Assembly (NCBI RefSeq): GCF_029977985.1
Contig: NZ_JARKOT010000015.1
Span: 9,056 to 73,055, forward strand
Length of the DNA stretch: 64,000 nucleotides
Direction of reading: 5' to 3'
DNA from: Propioniciclava sp.
GTDB lineage: Bacteria; Actinomycetota; Actinomycetes; Propionibacteriales; Propionibacteriaceae
Below are positions 52,393 through 61,289 of this stretch, piece by piece. The first letter of the stretch is position 1, and each line of letters begins with the position of its first letter. The notes beneath the pieces are model-generated. The model saw only the letters and a list, made by a program, of their open reading frames with translations. It searched no databases and was not told the origin of the DNA. A program made the translations under genes and the position numbers.

Positions 52393-53427
52393 TCAGATCA
52401 GGCCGAAGCGCTCCCGGGTCATCTGCGAAAGGCCGCGCCCGTCGGGGGCGCGCATGATCGGGACCGGCGGGGCCGTGGACTCGTCCTCGAGCAGCGGTTC
52501 CGTCGTGCCGTGCGCCAGGTAGTGCTCGGCGGGGGAGAGCTGCCGGATCGCGATACCGAGCACATGGCCCGGGTTGGCGGCGGCGAACTCGCGGTAGATC
52601 TCGGGGTCGTGCTGGCCGTCGTCGCCGACGAGCAGCCAACGGATGCCTGGGAAGTCGACGGACAGCTGCAGCAGCGAGCGGCGCTTGTGCTCTTGCCCGG
52701 AGCGGAACCAGCCGGTGTTCGTCGGCCCCCAGTCTGTGAGCAGCATCGGCCCCTCGGGGTAGCGGTGGCGGCGCATGAACCGCGTCAGGAAGCCGTGCGT
52801 GTTCCACGCGCCGGTGGACAGGTAGACGACCGGCGCGCCGGGGTGGGCGGCCTCGACCGCGTCGTAGAACACCGCCATCCCCGGGATCGCCTGCCGGGCC
52901 GCCTCGGTGCGGATGAAGCTGTTCCAGGCGGCGACGAACGGGCGGGGGAGCATCGTCGACAGGACCGTGTCGTCGATGTCGCTCACGATGCCCACGGTCG
53001 TCTCGGGGGGAACGACGAGGACCGGCACGCGGGCGTCCGCCGCCTGCTCGCTCGAGACGGTGGCGAGCGACCATCCGCCGGCGAGCCCGTGGTCGCGGAC
53101 GCGATGATCGATGTAACCACCCCGGTCGGTGTGGCCGTGGACCTCGGTGTCGCCCAGGGTGATGGTGTACCGCACGTGCACGCAGGCGGTCGTCAGGAAG
53201 TTCCGCCAGCCCCGGCGCCGCAGGAACTCCTCGGCGGCCTTGCCGAGTTGGGTCTCGGCGAAGTTGGGGCTGAGCACGACGCGACCCAGGACGCGGGCGA
53301 ACCCGGTGTCCCCGTAGGCCGTGTAGGGGATGATCCGTTCCCGCCACCCGAAGGACCGCAGGATCGCCTCGAGCCGCCGGTCGACGAACATCTCGAGGCG
53401 GGCGCCGAAGAACGGGCGGTTGCTCAT
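52393..53427 (-). CDS. App1/DUF2183-family phosphatidate phosphatase-like protein
   Basis: SDIDDT, YLSTGAWN, LLTDWGP, GDDGQHDPEIY; -10 TAGGTT 7 nt before ATG. Confidence 0.83.
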   Translation of the reverse strand: MSNRPFFGARLEMFVDRRLEAILRSFGWRERIIPYTAYGDTGFARVLGRVVLSPNFAETQLGKAAEEFLRRRGWRNFLTTACVHVRYTITLGDTEVHGHTDRGGYIDHRVRDHGLAGGWSLATVSSEQAADARVPVLVVPPETTVGIVSDIDDTVLSTMLPRPFVAAWNSFIRTEAARQAIPGMAVFYDAVEAAHPGAPVVYLSTGAWNTHGFLTRFMRRHRYPEGPMLLTDWGPTNTGWFRSGQEHKRRSLLQLSVDFPGIRWLLVGDDGQHDPEIYREFAAANPGHVLGIAIRQLSPAEHYLAHGTTEPLLEDESTAPPVPIMRAPDGRGLSQMTRERFGLI

Positions 53428-53496
53428 GGCAGACAACCTAATGGACGCCGCCCCCGCGGTTCGCCCCGCCGGCGCGGGTGGTGACACAATGCGAAG

Positions 53497-54063
53497 ATGA
53501 CCACACGCCAACTCCCGGCCGAACTGCGCGGTGCCATCGTCGGCTCCGGCTACTTCCCGGAGTTCGTCGAGGCCACCTTGCTGCAGGCGATCGGTGACGA
53601 GGAGGTGTCCGCCTCCCTGCTCCACCATGAGGCCACGTTCACCTCCAGCGAGCTGCACCGCCACGTCACGGTCCTCGTGCTCACGCCCACCCGCTTCGTC
53701 GTGGCACACACCGACGACGGGGACGCCCCCGGCGTCACCCAGGCCATCACGACCGTCGAGACGGTTCCGCTGCGCAAGATCGTCTCCGTCGGGGTCACGC
53801 AGGTGGCCGCCCGGCCCGAGACGTTCAAGCGCGGCCGCTCGCCGCTCGCCGAGGCCTGGCTGGTCGTCAACTGGGGCACCGCGCGCCGTGTCGAGTCGGA
53901 GCCCGCCTCCTGCGGCGACCCCACCTGCGACGCGGAGCACGGCTACACCGCCACCGATCTGGCCGACGACCTGATGGTTCGCATGAGCGCCGCCGCCGAC
54001 GGGGAGGACGCCCTGGCGAACCTGGTCGAGTTCGGCTCCCTGCTCCAACGGGTGTGTGCCTGA
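53497..54063 (+). CDS. DUF5998-family protein
   Basis: GYFPEFV, RHVTVLVLTPTR, CGDPTCDAEHGY. Confidence 0.78.
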   Translation: MTTRQLPAELRGAIVGSGYFPEFVEATLLQAIGDEEVSASLLHHEATFTSSELHRHVTVLVLTPTRFVVAHTDDGDAPGVTQAITTVETVPLRKIVSVGVTQVAARPETFKRGRSPLAEAWLVVNWGTARRVESEPASCGDPTCDAEHGYTATDLADDLMVRMSAAADGEDALANLVEFGSLLQRVCA

Positions 54064-55192
54064 CGTGAGCGACCAGCCCCTGGTGCCCGATTACGGTACC
54101 TCGACCCTCGCCGACGTGTTCGGCAGCGTTGCGACGTCGCTCGGCGTGGATGGGTGGTCCGGACCCCTCGACCTGCCGGCGTCCCGGCGATGGGTGATCC
54201 TTCTCGTCGACGGGCTGGGCGATGCCAACCTGGCGGCCGCGGCGTCCGACGCGCCCTACCTGGCGGGCCTCCGCGAAGCGCAGGGCCGCACCGTCACCAG
54301 CGCGGCCCCGAGCACCACCGCGACCTCGGTGACCAGCCTGGGGACCGGCCTGACGCCGGGACAGCACGGCATCGTCGGCTACGCCTTCCGCAACCCGGTC
54401 TCGGGCGGGTACCTCAACGCCCTGCTGTGGGCCGATGGGCTCTCAGCGCTCGACGTCCAGCCTCGCCTCACCGGCTTCGAGCGGTTGTCGCGCAGCGGTG
54501 TCGCGCTCGGCAACGTGAGCCCGGCGCGCTTCCAGGGCAGTGGCCTCACCGAGTGCGCCTTGCGAGGTGCGCGGTTCTGGCCGGTCGCCGACGAGGACAA
54601 CCACCCCGCGCGGATCCGGCAGGTGGTGGACGCCGCAGGCGCCGCCGACGCGACGCTCACCTATTTCTACGAGCGTTCGCTCGACCACGCCGGCCACTCC
54701 GACGGCTGGCGGTCGGGCAGTTGGCGCGAGAAGCTGCGCCGCATCGACCGGCTGGCCACCCGCCTTCGGCAGGAGTTGCCCGACGACACCCGCCTGCTCG
54801 TGACGGGCGACCACGGCATGGTCGACTCGCCGCGCGAGCGGTGGGTGGTCGCCGAGGATGTCCCGGGCCTTCTCGACGGCGTCACGTTGCTCGCTGGCGA
54901 GGGTCGGTTCCGGCAGCTGTACGCCGAGGCGTCCGACGTGGCGCTCGTCGCCGCACGTTGGGCGCGGCACCTCGGGGATCGGGCCTGGGTGCGCACCCGT
55001 GACGAGGCGATCGACGCGGGCTGGTTCGGGCCGACCGATGCCCGGACGGCGCAGCGCATCGGCGACGTGCTCGTCGTCCTGCGCGACGACTGGGCCGTCA
55101 TGACCCGCAACCAGCCCAAGGAGTTCGGCCTCGTCGGCATGCACGGCTCGCTGACCGACGCAGAGATGCGCGTCCCGCTGCTGGTGGGCTGA
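54056..55192 (+). CDS. alkaline phosphatase superfamily nucleotide pyrophosphatase/phosphodiesterase
   Basis: LVDGLG, PSTTATS, LDHAGH, TGDHGM, GMHGS. Confidence 0.87.
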   Translation: MPDVSDQPLVPDYGTSTLADVFGSVATSLGVDGWSGPLDLPASRRWVILLVDGLGDANLAAAASDAPYLAGLREAQGRTVTSAAPSTTATSVTSLGTGLTPGQHGIVGYAFRNPVSGGYLNALLWADGLSALDVQPRLTGFERLSRSGVALGNVSPARFQGSGLTECALRGARFWPVADEDNHPARIRQVVDAAGAADATLTYFYERSLDHAGHSDGWRSGSWREKLRRIDRLATRLRQELPDDTRLLVTGDHGMVDSPRERWVVAEDVPGLLDGVTLLAGEGRFRQLYAEASDVALVAARWARHLGDRAWVRTRDEAIDAGWFGPTDARTAQRIGDVLVVLRDDWAVMTRNQPKEFGLVGMHGSLTDAEMRVPLLVG

Positions 55193-55193
55193 C

Positions 55194-55841
55194 GTGGCGC
55201 AGCTGACCTACTTCACGGGGCCCATGAACTGCGGCAAGTCGACGTTGGCCCTGCAGGTCGACTACACCGAGGCGTCGGCCGGACGCCGCGGCCTGCGGTT
55301 CACGTGCCTGGATCGCGGCGGGGCGGCGATCATCAGTTCCCGGATAGGCCTCCACGCTCCGGCCACCGAAGTGACGCCCGAACTCGACCTGTGGCAGGTG
55401 GTCACCGGCGAGCTGACCGCCGGCCGCCGCGTCGACTACCTCGTCTGCGACGAGGCCCAGTTCTACGCGCCCACCCAGGTGGACGATCTGGCCCGCATCG
55501 TCGACGAGTTGGGGATCGACGTCTCGTGCTTCGGCATTCTCGCCGACTTCCGCACCGAGCTGTTCCCGGGCTCGCGCCGGCTCGTCGAACTGGCTGACCG
55601 GATCGAGATGCTGCCCGCCCGGCCGCGCTGCTGGTGCGGTGCCCCCGCGACACACAACGCGCGCATCGTGGACGGAGAGATGGTGGTCGAGGGCGACCAG
55701 ATCGCCGTGGGCGGCACCGACGGCGGGAGCGCCGGCGAGGTGAGCTACGAGGTGTTGTGCCGGCTGCACCACCGCAAGCTGCTGCCGAGTGCCAAGTCGC
55801 ACGTCGACCTCACGCCGGAACCGCTTCCCTTCGAGGGCTGA
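55194..55841 (+). CDS. tdk: thymidine kinase
   Basis: GPMNCGKST, SRIG, DEAQF, FPGS, CWCG...YEVLCRLH. Confidence 0.92.
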   Translation: MAQLTYFTGPMNCGKSTLALQVDYTEASAGRRGLRFTCLDRGGAAIISSRIGLHAPATEVTPELDLWQVVTGELTAGRRVDYLVCDEAQFYAPTQVDDLARIVDELGIDVSCFGILADFRTELFPGSRRLVELADRIEMLPARPRCWCGAPATHNARIVDGEMVVEGDQIAVGGTDGGSAGEVSYEVLCRLHHRKLLPSAKSHVDLTPEPLPFEG

Positions 55842-55850
55842 GGCGGCCGG

Positions 55851-56828
55851 TCAGCCCTCCGAACGCGGGCCGCCGAACACGATCTCGTCCCAGCTCGGCA
55901 CCTGGGCGCGCTTCTTGCGCGGCTTCGGCTTCGGCAACGGCGGGGGAGCCTCCACGTCATCGATGAGCGACAACTGCTCGGGCTCCTGCGGCGCCGCGGG
56001 TCCGGCCTCGTCCGTCGCGGTTGGGGCCTCCTCCACCGAGGGTCGAGCCTCGTCGAGACCCGTCTCCACGGGCGGCTCGGCCGGGGGCGCGACCTCCTCC
56101 TTGGGATGCACGAGGCCGGCGTAGATCTTCACCGAGTCCTCGTCGAAGCTGCTCAACATGTCGTAGAGCACGTCCATGCCCGAGTCCGACTCGGCGATCT
56201 CGTAGACGCCGTCGACCTCGGCCAGGTCACTGTCGCGGTAGGCATCGGTCAGGTCGTCGTGGTCGCCCTCGGACACCGCCGGCGTGGTCTCGTCGGTGGG
56301 CTCCTCGCCGGGATCGTCGGGCAGCGGCGCGACGTTCACCTCGTCAGCGACGGACAGGGCGCGGAGGAGGGCCAGATCATCCTGCTGATGAGCCACGGGC
56401 GGCGTCCTGGTGCTGTCGCCGACGAGCAGCCGGGCCTCCTCGTTGGTGGCCACGGAGAAGCGGCCGCCCTGGTCGTAGGCGAAGTCGGCGACGTGGTCGG
56501 CGTCATCGGCCCTCCAGGTGGCCCGGACACGCCAGCGCCGGTCCTCCAGCTTCCAGGCATCCCAGGCCACGTCGTCGGCGTCCACCCCGAGGGCCGTGAG
56601 CGAATCGGCGACGGCGTTGCGCAGCGCACGGTGGGAGGTGGTCTCTCCGCGGCGGCGGACAGGGTTCGTGCGGGCGAGGCCGGCCACGTGCTCGCGCTCG
56701 GCGACGACGGGGGCGGCGAACGCCGCCAGCTGCTCGACGGGGACGCCGGCGGCGGCCGCCACGTCTTCCGGGGAGGCGCCGGCGCGGATGCGCGCCTGGA
56801 TGTCGCGCGGTCGCAGTGAACTGTCCAT
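55851..56828 (-). CDS. sepH: septation protein SepH (DUF3071)
   Basis: RPRDIQARIRAGAS HTH, WDAW, disordered acidic linker, C-terminal VPSWDEIVFG. Confidence 0.85.
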   Translation of the reverse strand: MDSSLRPRDIQARIRAGASPEDVAAAAGVPVEQLAAFAAPVVAEREHVAGLARTNPVRRRGETTSHRALRNAVADSLTALGVDADDVAWDAWKLEDRRWRVRATWRADDADHVADFAYDQGGRFSVATNEEARLLVGDSTRTPPVAHQQDDLALLRALSVADEVNVAPLPDDPGEEPTDETTPAVSEGDHDDLTDAYRDSDLAEVDGVYEIAESDSGMDVLYDMLSSFDEDSVKIYAGLVHPKEEVAPPAEPPVETGLDEARPSVEEAPTATDEAGPAAPQEPEQLSLIDDVEAPPPLPKPKPRKKRAQVPSWDEIVFGGPRSEG

Positions 56829-57015
56829 CTGGGCGAACTCTCCGCTCTCGGTGGTGTTGCAAGGTAACCTACCCGCCCGCACGCCTCGAACGGACCCAAA
56901 CACCCCGGTGGGGGTCCATGCACTCCCGCGGGCGCGCGGGGCTTGACCGGTGTGGTATATGTGCGTGCGGACCGCAACCAAGGCTTCCCAGGACGCCCGG
57001 GCAGAAGGAAGAGGA

Positions 57016-57312
57016 ATGGCGACCGACTACGACGCGCCCCGCAAGACCGATGACGAGAACGAAGACAGCATCGAGGAACTCAAGAGCCGTCGCAACGACA
57101 AGAACTCGGGGAAGGTCGACGAGGACGAAGTCGAGGCGGCGGAGACGTTCGAGCTACCGGGGGCGGACCTGTCGCACGAGGAGTTGACGGTGCGTGTCCT
57201 GCCGCGCCAGTCGAACGAGTTCACGTGCGCCTCGTGCTTCCTCGTGAAGCACCGCAGCCAGATCGCGGAGGAACGCGGCGGCCAGCTCTACTGCGTCGAC
57301 TGCGCCGGCTGA
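57016..57312 (+). CDS. DUF4193-family protein
   Basis: MATDYDAPRK, ELPGADLS, EFTCASCFLV...CVDC. Confidence 0.88.
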   Translation: MATDYDAPRKTDDENEDSIEELKSRRNDKNSGKVDEDEVEAAETFELPGADLSHEELTVRVLPRQSNEFTCASCFLVKHRSQIAEERGGQLYCVDCAG

Positions 57313-57345
57313 GGGACCGCAGGTGCCGGGCGGGCGGGTCGGCGC

Positions 57346-57636
57346 TCAGAACCGGAGGTTGACCGCCCGCACCGGGCTGGCCTCGCCCGTGATGGCCGCC
57401 CAGCGGCGGGCGGCGAAGCGGTTGATGAGCACCTGCGTGAGGCCCATGCCCAGGGCGATGACGAGGACGCGCACCAGCGCGGCCTCGGCGGGCGTGCTGG
57501 GGTCGTTCGGGTCCGGCGGCTCCTCGCCCGTCACGAACGTCCACGCACCGTCGACGAGCTGCTTGGTCACGATGCCCCCGATGAGCGTGACGCCCGTCGA
57601 GTACACGTTCCACACGATCTTCTGGGAGATGTCCAC
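57346..57636 (-). CDS. DUF4235-family membrane protein
   Basis: W..VTGEEPPDPNDP motif between two hydrophobic helices. Confidence 0.75.
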   Translation of the reverse strand: MDISQKIVWNVYSTGVTLIGGIVTKQLVDGAWTFVTGEEPPDPNDPSTPAEAALVRVLVIALGMGLTQVLINRFAARRWAAITGEASPVRAVNLRF

Positions 57637-57725
57637 CGCACCCGTCCTGCCTCGTCAGGAGCCCCATCGACGCCTGCCTGGGACCATCGTAGGGTCAAGG
57701 TCCGGCACAGGGTAGGTTTGCGCTC

Positions 57726-58184
57726 GTGGCGTACAGAGAACGGCTGGCGGCCCCGCTCTGGTGGTGGGTGCTCGGTCTGGGGCTGTTCGTCCCGACGGCC
57801 GCCGCGATCGGCTTCATGCTCGGCCCGTGGGTGTCCTTGGGGGCCGCCCTCACCGTCGCCGTCCTCGTCGCCTTCGCCCTCAGTTCCTTCTCCGCCACGG
57901 AGATCGTGGTGGACGCGGCCGGCGTCCGGGTCGGCCGGTCGATGCTCGAATGGGACTACGTGGGCCGGGTCGAGGTGTTGGACGCCGCCGCCGCTGACCA
58001 CCTGCTCGGGGCGCGTGCAGACGCGCGCGCCCATGTGGTGCAGCGGCCGTGGCTGCGCGAGGGCGTCCGGATCTCGGTCGAGGACAGCGCAGATCCGCAT
58101 CCGTACTGGCTGGTCTCGAGCCGGACGCCCGCCCGCTGTGCCGCAGCGATCGTCCGCGCACGGGCCGAGGGTGGGCAGGGATGA
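57726..58184 (+). CDS. DUF3093-family membrane protein
   Basis: [25 protein letters not shown]; adjacent to dut. Confidence 0.85.
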   Translation: MAYRERLAAPLWWWVLGLGLFVPTAAAIGFMLGPWVSLGAALTVAVLVAFALSSFSATEIVVDAAGVRVGRSMLEWDYVGRVEVLDAAAADHLLGARADARAHVVQRPWLREGVRISVEDSADPHPYWLVSSRTPARCAAAIVRARAEGGQG

Positions 58185-58642
58185 GCGAGACCGTCGACGT
58201 ACTGATCCGGCGCCTGGACCTGGGCCTGCCGCTGCCCGCCTATGCCCACGATGCGGACGCCGGGGCCGATCTGGCGGCAGCCGAGGACGTGGAACTGGAA
58301 CCCGGCGAGCGCGCCCTCGTCCGCACCGGCATCGCCATCGCCCTGCCGGACGGCTGGGCAGCGTTCGTGCACCCCCGCTCGGGACTCGCCACCCGCGAGG
58401 GCATCACGATCGTCAACGCGCCGGGTACGGTGGACGCCGGTTTCCGCGGGGAGATACGCGTCTGCCTGCTGAACACCGACCGCCGCCGCAGGGTGATACT
58501 GCGCCGGGGCGACCTGATCGCGCAGCTAGTCTTCCAACGCGTGGCACGGGCGGCGTTCACCGAGGTGGACGAGCTCCCGGCCAGCAGTCGCGGTGACGGC
58601 GGGCACGGGTCCACCGGCGGGGTGGCGTCATGGCAGTCGTGA
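58181..58642 (+). CDS. dut: dUTP diphosphatase
   Basis: [32 protein letters not shown]. Confidence 0.97.
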   Translation: MSETVDVLIRRLDLGLPLPAYAHDADAGADLAAAEDVELEPGERALVRTGIAIALPDGWAAFVHPRSGLATREGITIVNAPGTVDAGFRGEIRVCLLNTDRRRRVILRRGDLIAQLVFQRVARAAFTEVDELPASSRGDGGHGSTGGVASWQS

Positions 58643-58667
58643 ACCAGATTTTGACGAAGGGGACGAA

Positions 58668-59408
58668 GTGATCTTCGGGCGCAAGGGCCGCAAGGCCAAG
58701 GCCAGCACCGACGAGGACGTCGACGATGTGGTCGCCGTCGAGGACGATGCCCTCGACGAGGACGCGGATGTCGCCGACCTCGACGAGGACGCCGACGAGA
58801 CGGAAGCCGCCGAGGACGTCGACCCCCGCGCCGACGGCCCCTTCGACTATGAAGAAGTGGACCTGAGCGGCGACGACGCTGTGCTGGCTGCCCAGCGCGT
58901 GCGGCGGGTCGCGTTCGGGCCACTGATCGTCACTCAGCCCGAGGATCTTCTCCTGCAGTTGCAGGGCGATCCCAAGACGAACGCCGTCTACACGCTGCTG
59001 GCGCACCACGAGAACTCCGGGTTGGAGGTCGCCCTGTTCGCGGCGCCCCGCAGCGGCGGGCTCGCGGCCGAACTGCGCGAGGACATTGTCGAGGAAGCGA
59101 CGCAGGGCGGCGGCCAGGCCGAGATCGTGTCCGGCCCGTTCGGCCCCGAGGTCAAGCGGGTCCTGCCCTTGGATGGCCCCGAGGGCGAGCAACTGTTCCA
59201 CGTCTCCCGCATCTGGCTCGTCGAGGGCCCGGGGTGGCTGTTGCGTGGCACCCTGATGGGGCGCGCCGCGCTGGTGGAGGGCGAGGCCGAGCCGGCCGAC
59301 TTCTTCGTCGAGTTCTTCCGCGATCTCGTCGTCCGCCGTGACGAGGAGCCGCGCTCGCCCGGCGAGATCATCCACCTGGCCCTCCCCGAGGGCAGCGTGC
59401 GGGGCTGA
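58668..59408 (+). CDS. DUF3710-family protein
   Basis: Acidic N-terminus, GPFD, FAAPRSGG, GPFGPE, VEGPGWLLR. Confidence 0.83.
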   Translation: MIFGRKGRKAKASTDEDVDDVVAVEDDALDEDADVADLDEDADETEAAEDVDPRADGPFDYEEVDLSGDDAVLAAQRVRRVAFGPLIVTQPEDLLLQLQGDPKTNAVYTLLAHHENSGLEVALFAAPRSGGLAAELREDIVEEATQGGGQAEIVSGPFGPEVKRVLPLDGPEGEQLFHVSRIWLVEGPGWLLRGTLMGRAALVEGEAEPADFFVEFFRDLVVRRDEEPRSPGEIIHLALPEGSVRG

Positions 59409-59427
59409 GCCGGGCTACCCTCGCACC

Positions 59428-59778
59428 ATGGGCCTGCTGGACCGTGTTCGCCGCCTGTTCGCGTCCACCGACGAGCTGGCGTCAGCGGATCGACGCCGCC
59501 TCGCCGGGGAGCAAGGCGCCGACGAGATCGCCGGGGTCACCGACCGGGGCCTGGTGAAGTTGCGTGGCACCATCGAGGTGCTCACGCTCCGCCCGCGCCG
59601 CACCCGCCCCTGGCTGGAGGCCGAGTTGAGCGACGGCACCGGCCGTGTGACCCTCATCTGGATGGGTCGCCACGACATTCCGGGCATCGAGGCCGGGCGT
59701 GACCTCATCGTCGAGGGGCGCGTGTCGGTCGACGGGGGCGTCCGGACGATCTACAACCCGCGCTACCAACTGCTCTGA
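59428..59778 (+). CDS. OB-fold nucleic-acid-binding protein
   Basis: LEAELSDGTG.VTLIWMGR..IPGI, IYNPRYQL. Confidence 0.83.
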   Translation: MGLLDRVRRLFASTDELASADRRRLAGEQGADEIAGVTDRGLVKLRGTIEVLTLRPRRTRPWLEAELSDGTGRVTLIWMGRHDIPGIEAGRDLIVEGRVSVDGGVRTIYNPRYQLL

Positions 59779-59796
59779 CGCCGCCGCGGCGGCCGG

Positions 59797-60516
59797 TCAG
59801 GCCGGCCGCTCGGGCTCGTCGTCGGAGTCGTCGTCGATGCCGGCCCGGTCGCGGTGCACGCCCGGCGCCAAGTGGTGCGCGAGGGCCATCTCGTGGCTGG
59901 GATCGACGACGAACAGCAACTCGTCGCCGCCCTCGACCGCGGCGTCCCGCTCGGGGGCGCGGGCTGCGCCGTCACGGATGATCGCGACCAGCACGGCATC
60001 GCCGGGCAGGTTGAGTTCGGCGATCCGGACGCCGACGGCGGGGCTCGTGTGCGGCAAGGTCATCTCGACGAGATTCGACTTGCCGCCGCGGAAGCTGAAC
60101 AGGCGGACCAGATCGCCGACGGTCACCGCCTCCTCGACGAGGGCGGACATGAGGCGTGGGGTCGACACTGCGACGTCGACGCCCCACACGTCGTCGAACA
60201 TCCACTCGTTGCTCGGGTGGTTGACGCGGGCGACCGTGCGGGGTACCGCGAACTCGGTCTTGGCCAGCAGGCTGTGGACGAGGTTCACCTTGTCGTCGCC
60301 GGTGGCCGCGATGGCGACGTCGCAGCGCTCGATGTGGGCCTCCTCGAGCGTTTCGACTTCGCAGGCGTCGGCCAGCAGCCATTCGGCACCGGGCACGCTG
60401 TCGGGCTTGATGGCGGTGGGGTCGCGGTCGATGAGCAGGACCACGTGGTCGTTGGCGATGAGTTCGCGGGCGATGGACCGGCCGACGTTGCCGGCCCCGG
60501 CGATGGCGACGCGCAT
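59797..60516 (-). CDS. trkA: TrkA-family K+ uptake regulatory subunit (CeoC-like)
   Basis: GAGNVG Rossmann motif, ATGDDKVN, RCK_C domain. Confidence 0.9.
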   Translation of the reverse strand: MRVAIAGAGNVGRSIARELIANDHVVLLIDRDPTAIKPDSVPGAEWLLADACEVETLEEAHIERCDVAIAATGDDKVNLVHSLLAKTEFAVPRTVARVNHPSNEWMFDDVWGVDVAVSTPRLMSALVEEAVTVGDLVRLFSFRGGKSNLVEMTLPHTSPAVGVRIAELNLPGDAVLVAIIRDGAARAPERDAAVEGGDELLFVVDPSHEMALAHHLAPGVHRDRAGIDDDSDDEPERPA

Positions 60517-60542
60517 TCCCGTGCCTTTCGGTGCTTGATCGT

Positions 60543-61205
60543 TCAGTGTTTGAGCGGCGGTGCGGACAGGACCGACTCGATGTGCTCGACCGCATCGTTG
60601 GCGGCGGCGGCGTACACCGTGTCCCCGTGCTGGAGGAGCGTGGCAGCGTCCGGAACCATGCCCTGGCCGAAGCGGGAGAGGAAGGGGATTTTGGTGCCGA
60701 TGGCCGACTCGATGTCGGCGATCTTGCGGCCCACCCAGGCATCGTGTGCGGCCAGCCGGATGAGCCGGACGGTGCCGGCGGCGTCCCGCCACTCGGGCTC
60801 GGATCCCTCGGGGACCAGCCGGCGGAGCACCTGGTCGGCTGCCCAGCGCACGGTGGCGACGGACGGGATGCCGAGGCGCTCGTACACCTCGGCGCGCCCC
60901 TGGTCGTAGATTCGGGCCACGACGTTGTCGATGCCGAACGTCTCGCGCACGACGCGCGCGGCCAGGATGTTGGAGTTGTCGCCGGACGAGACGGCGGCGA
61001 ACCCGTCGGCGTTCTTGATGCCGGCGGCGACGAGGACCTTCTTGTCGAAGCCCACCCCCTTCACGGTCTTGCCGTGGAAGTCGGGCCCCAGGCGTCGGAA
61101 GGAGTCAGCGTTGATGTCGATCACGCTGACGGTGTGGCCGCGGCGCTCGAACGCCCGGGCCAGGGAAGCGCCGACACGGCCGCAACCCATGATCACGAAG
61201 TGCAC
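60543..61205 (-). CDS. trkA: TrkA-family K+ uptake regulatory subunit (CeoB-like)
   Basis: MGCGRVG, SSGDNSNI, VARIYD. Confidence 0.9.
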   Translation of the reverse strand: MHFVIMGCGRVGASLARAFERRGHTVSVIDINADSFRRLGPDFHGKTVKGVGFDKKVLVAAGIKNADGFAAVSSGDNSNILAARVVRETFGIDNVVARIYDQGRAEVYERLGIPSVATVRWAADQVLRRLVPEGSEPEWRDAAGTVRLIRLAAHDAWVGRKIADIESAIGTKIPFLSRFGQGMVPDAATLLQHGDTVYAAAANDAVEHIESVLSAPPLKH

Positions 61206-61289
61206 GCTGGTGGCCTTTCCCTCGCTGGTTCGATGACCACCGGACAAGGCGATCCGGTGGAGCCGATGGCGGGTCTAGAGTGTACCGCT

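Noticed and set aside
56830-57015. Intergenic hairpin (GGACCC...GGGTCC) between sepH and DUF4193 as a possible ncRNA
   Set aside because: The stem is short, matches no family I can recognise, and the space is consistent with two divergent promoters
60531-61289. 253-aa N-terminal extension of the APC permease, an apparent fusion
   Set aside because: It is the antisense of trkA; the permease starts at GTG 61290. Similar false extensions affect dapF, DedA, ptrB, App1, tesB and the carbonic anhydrase
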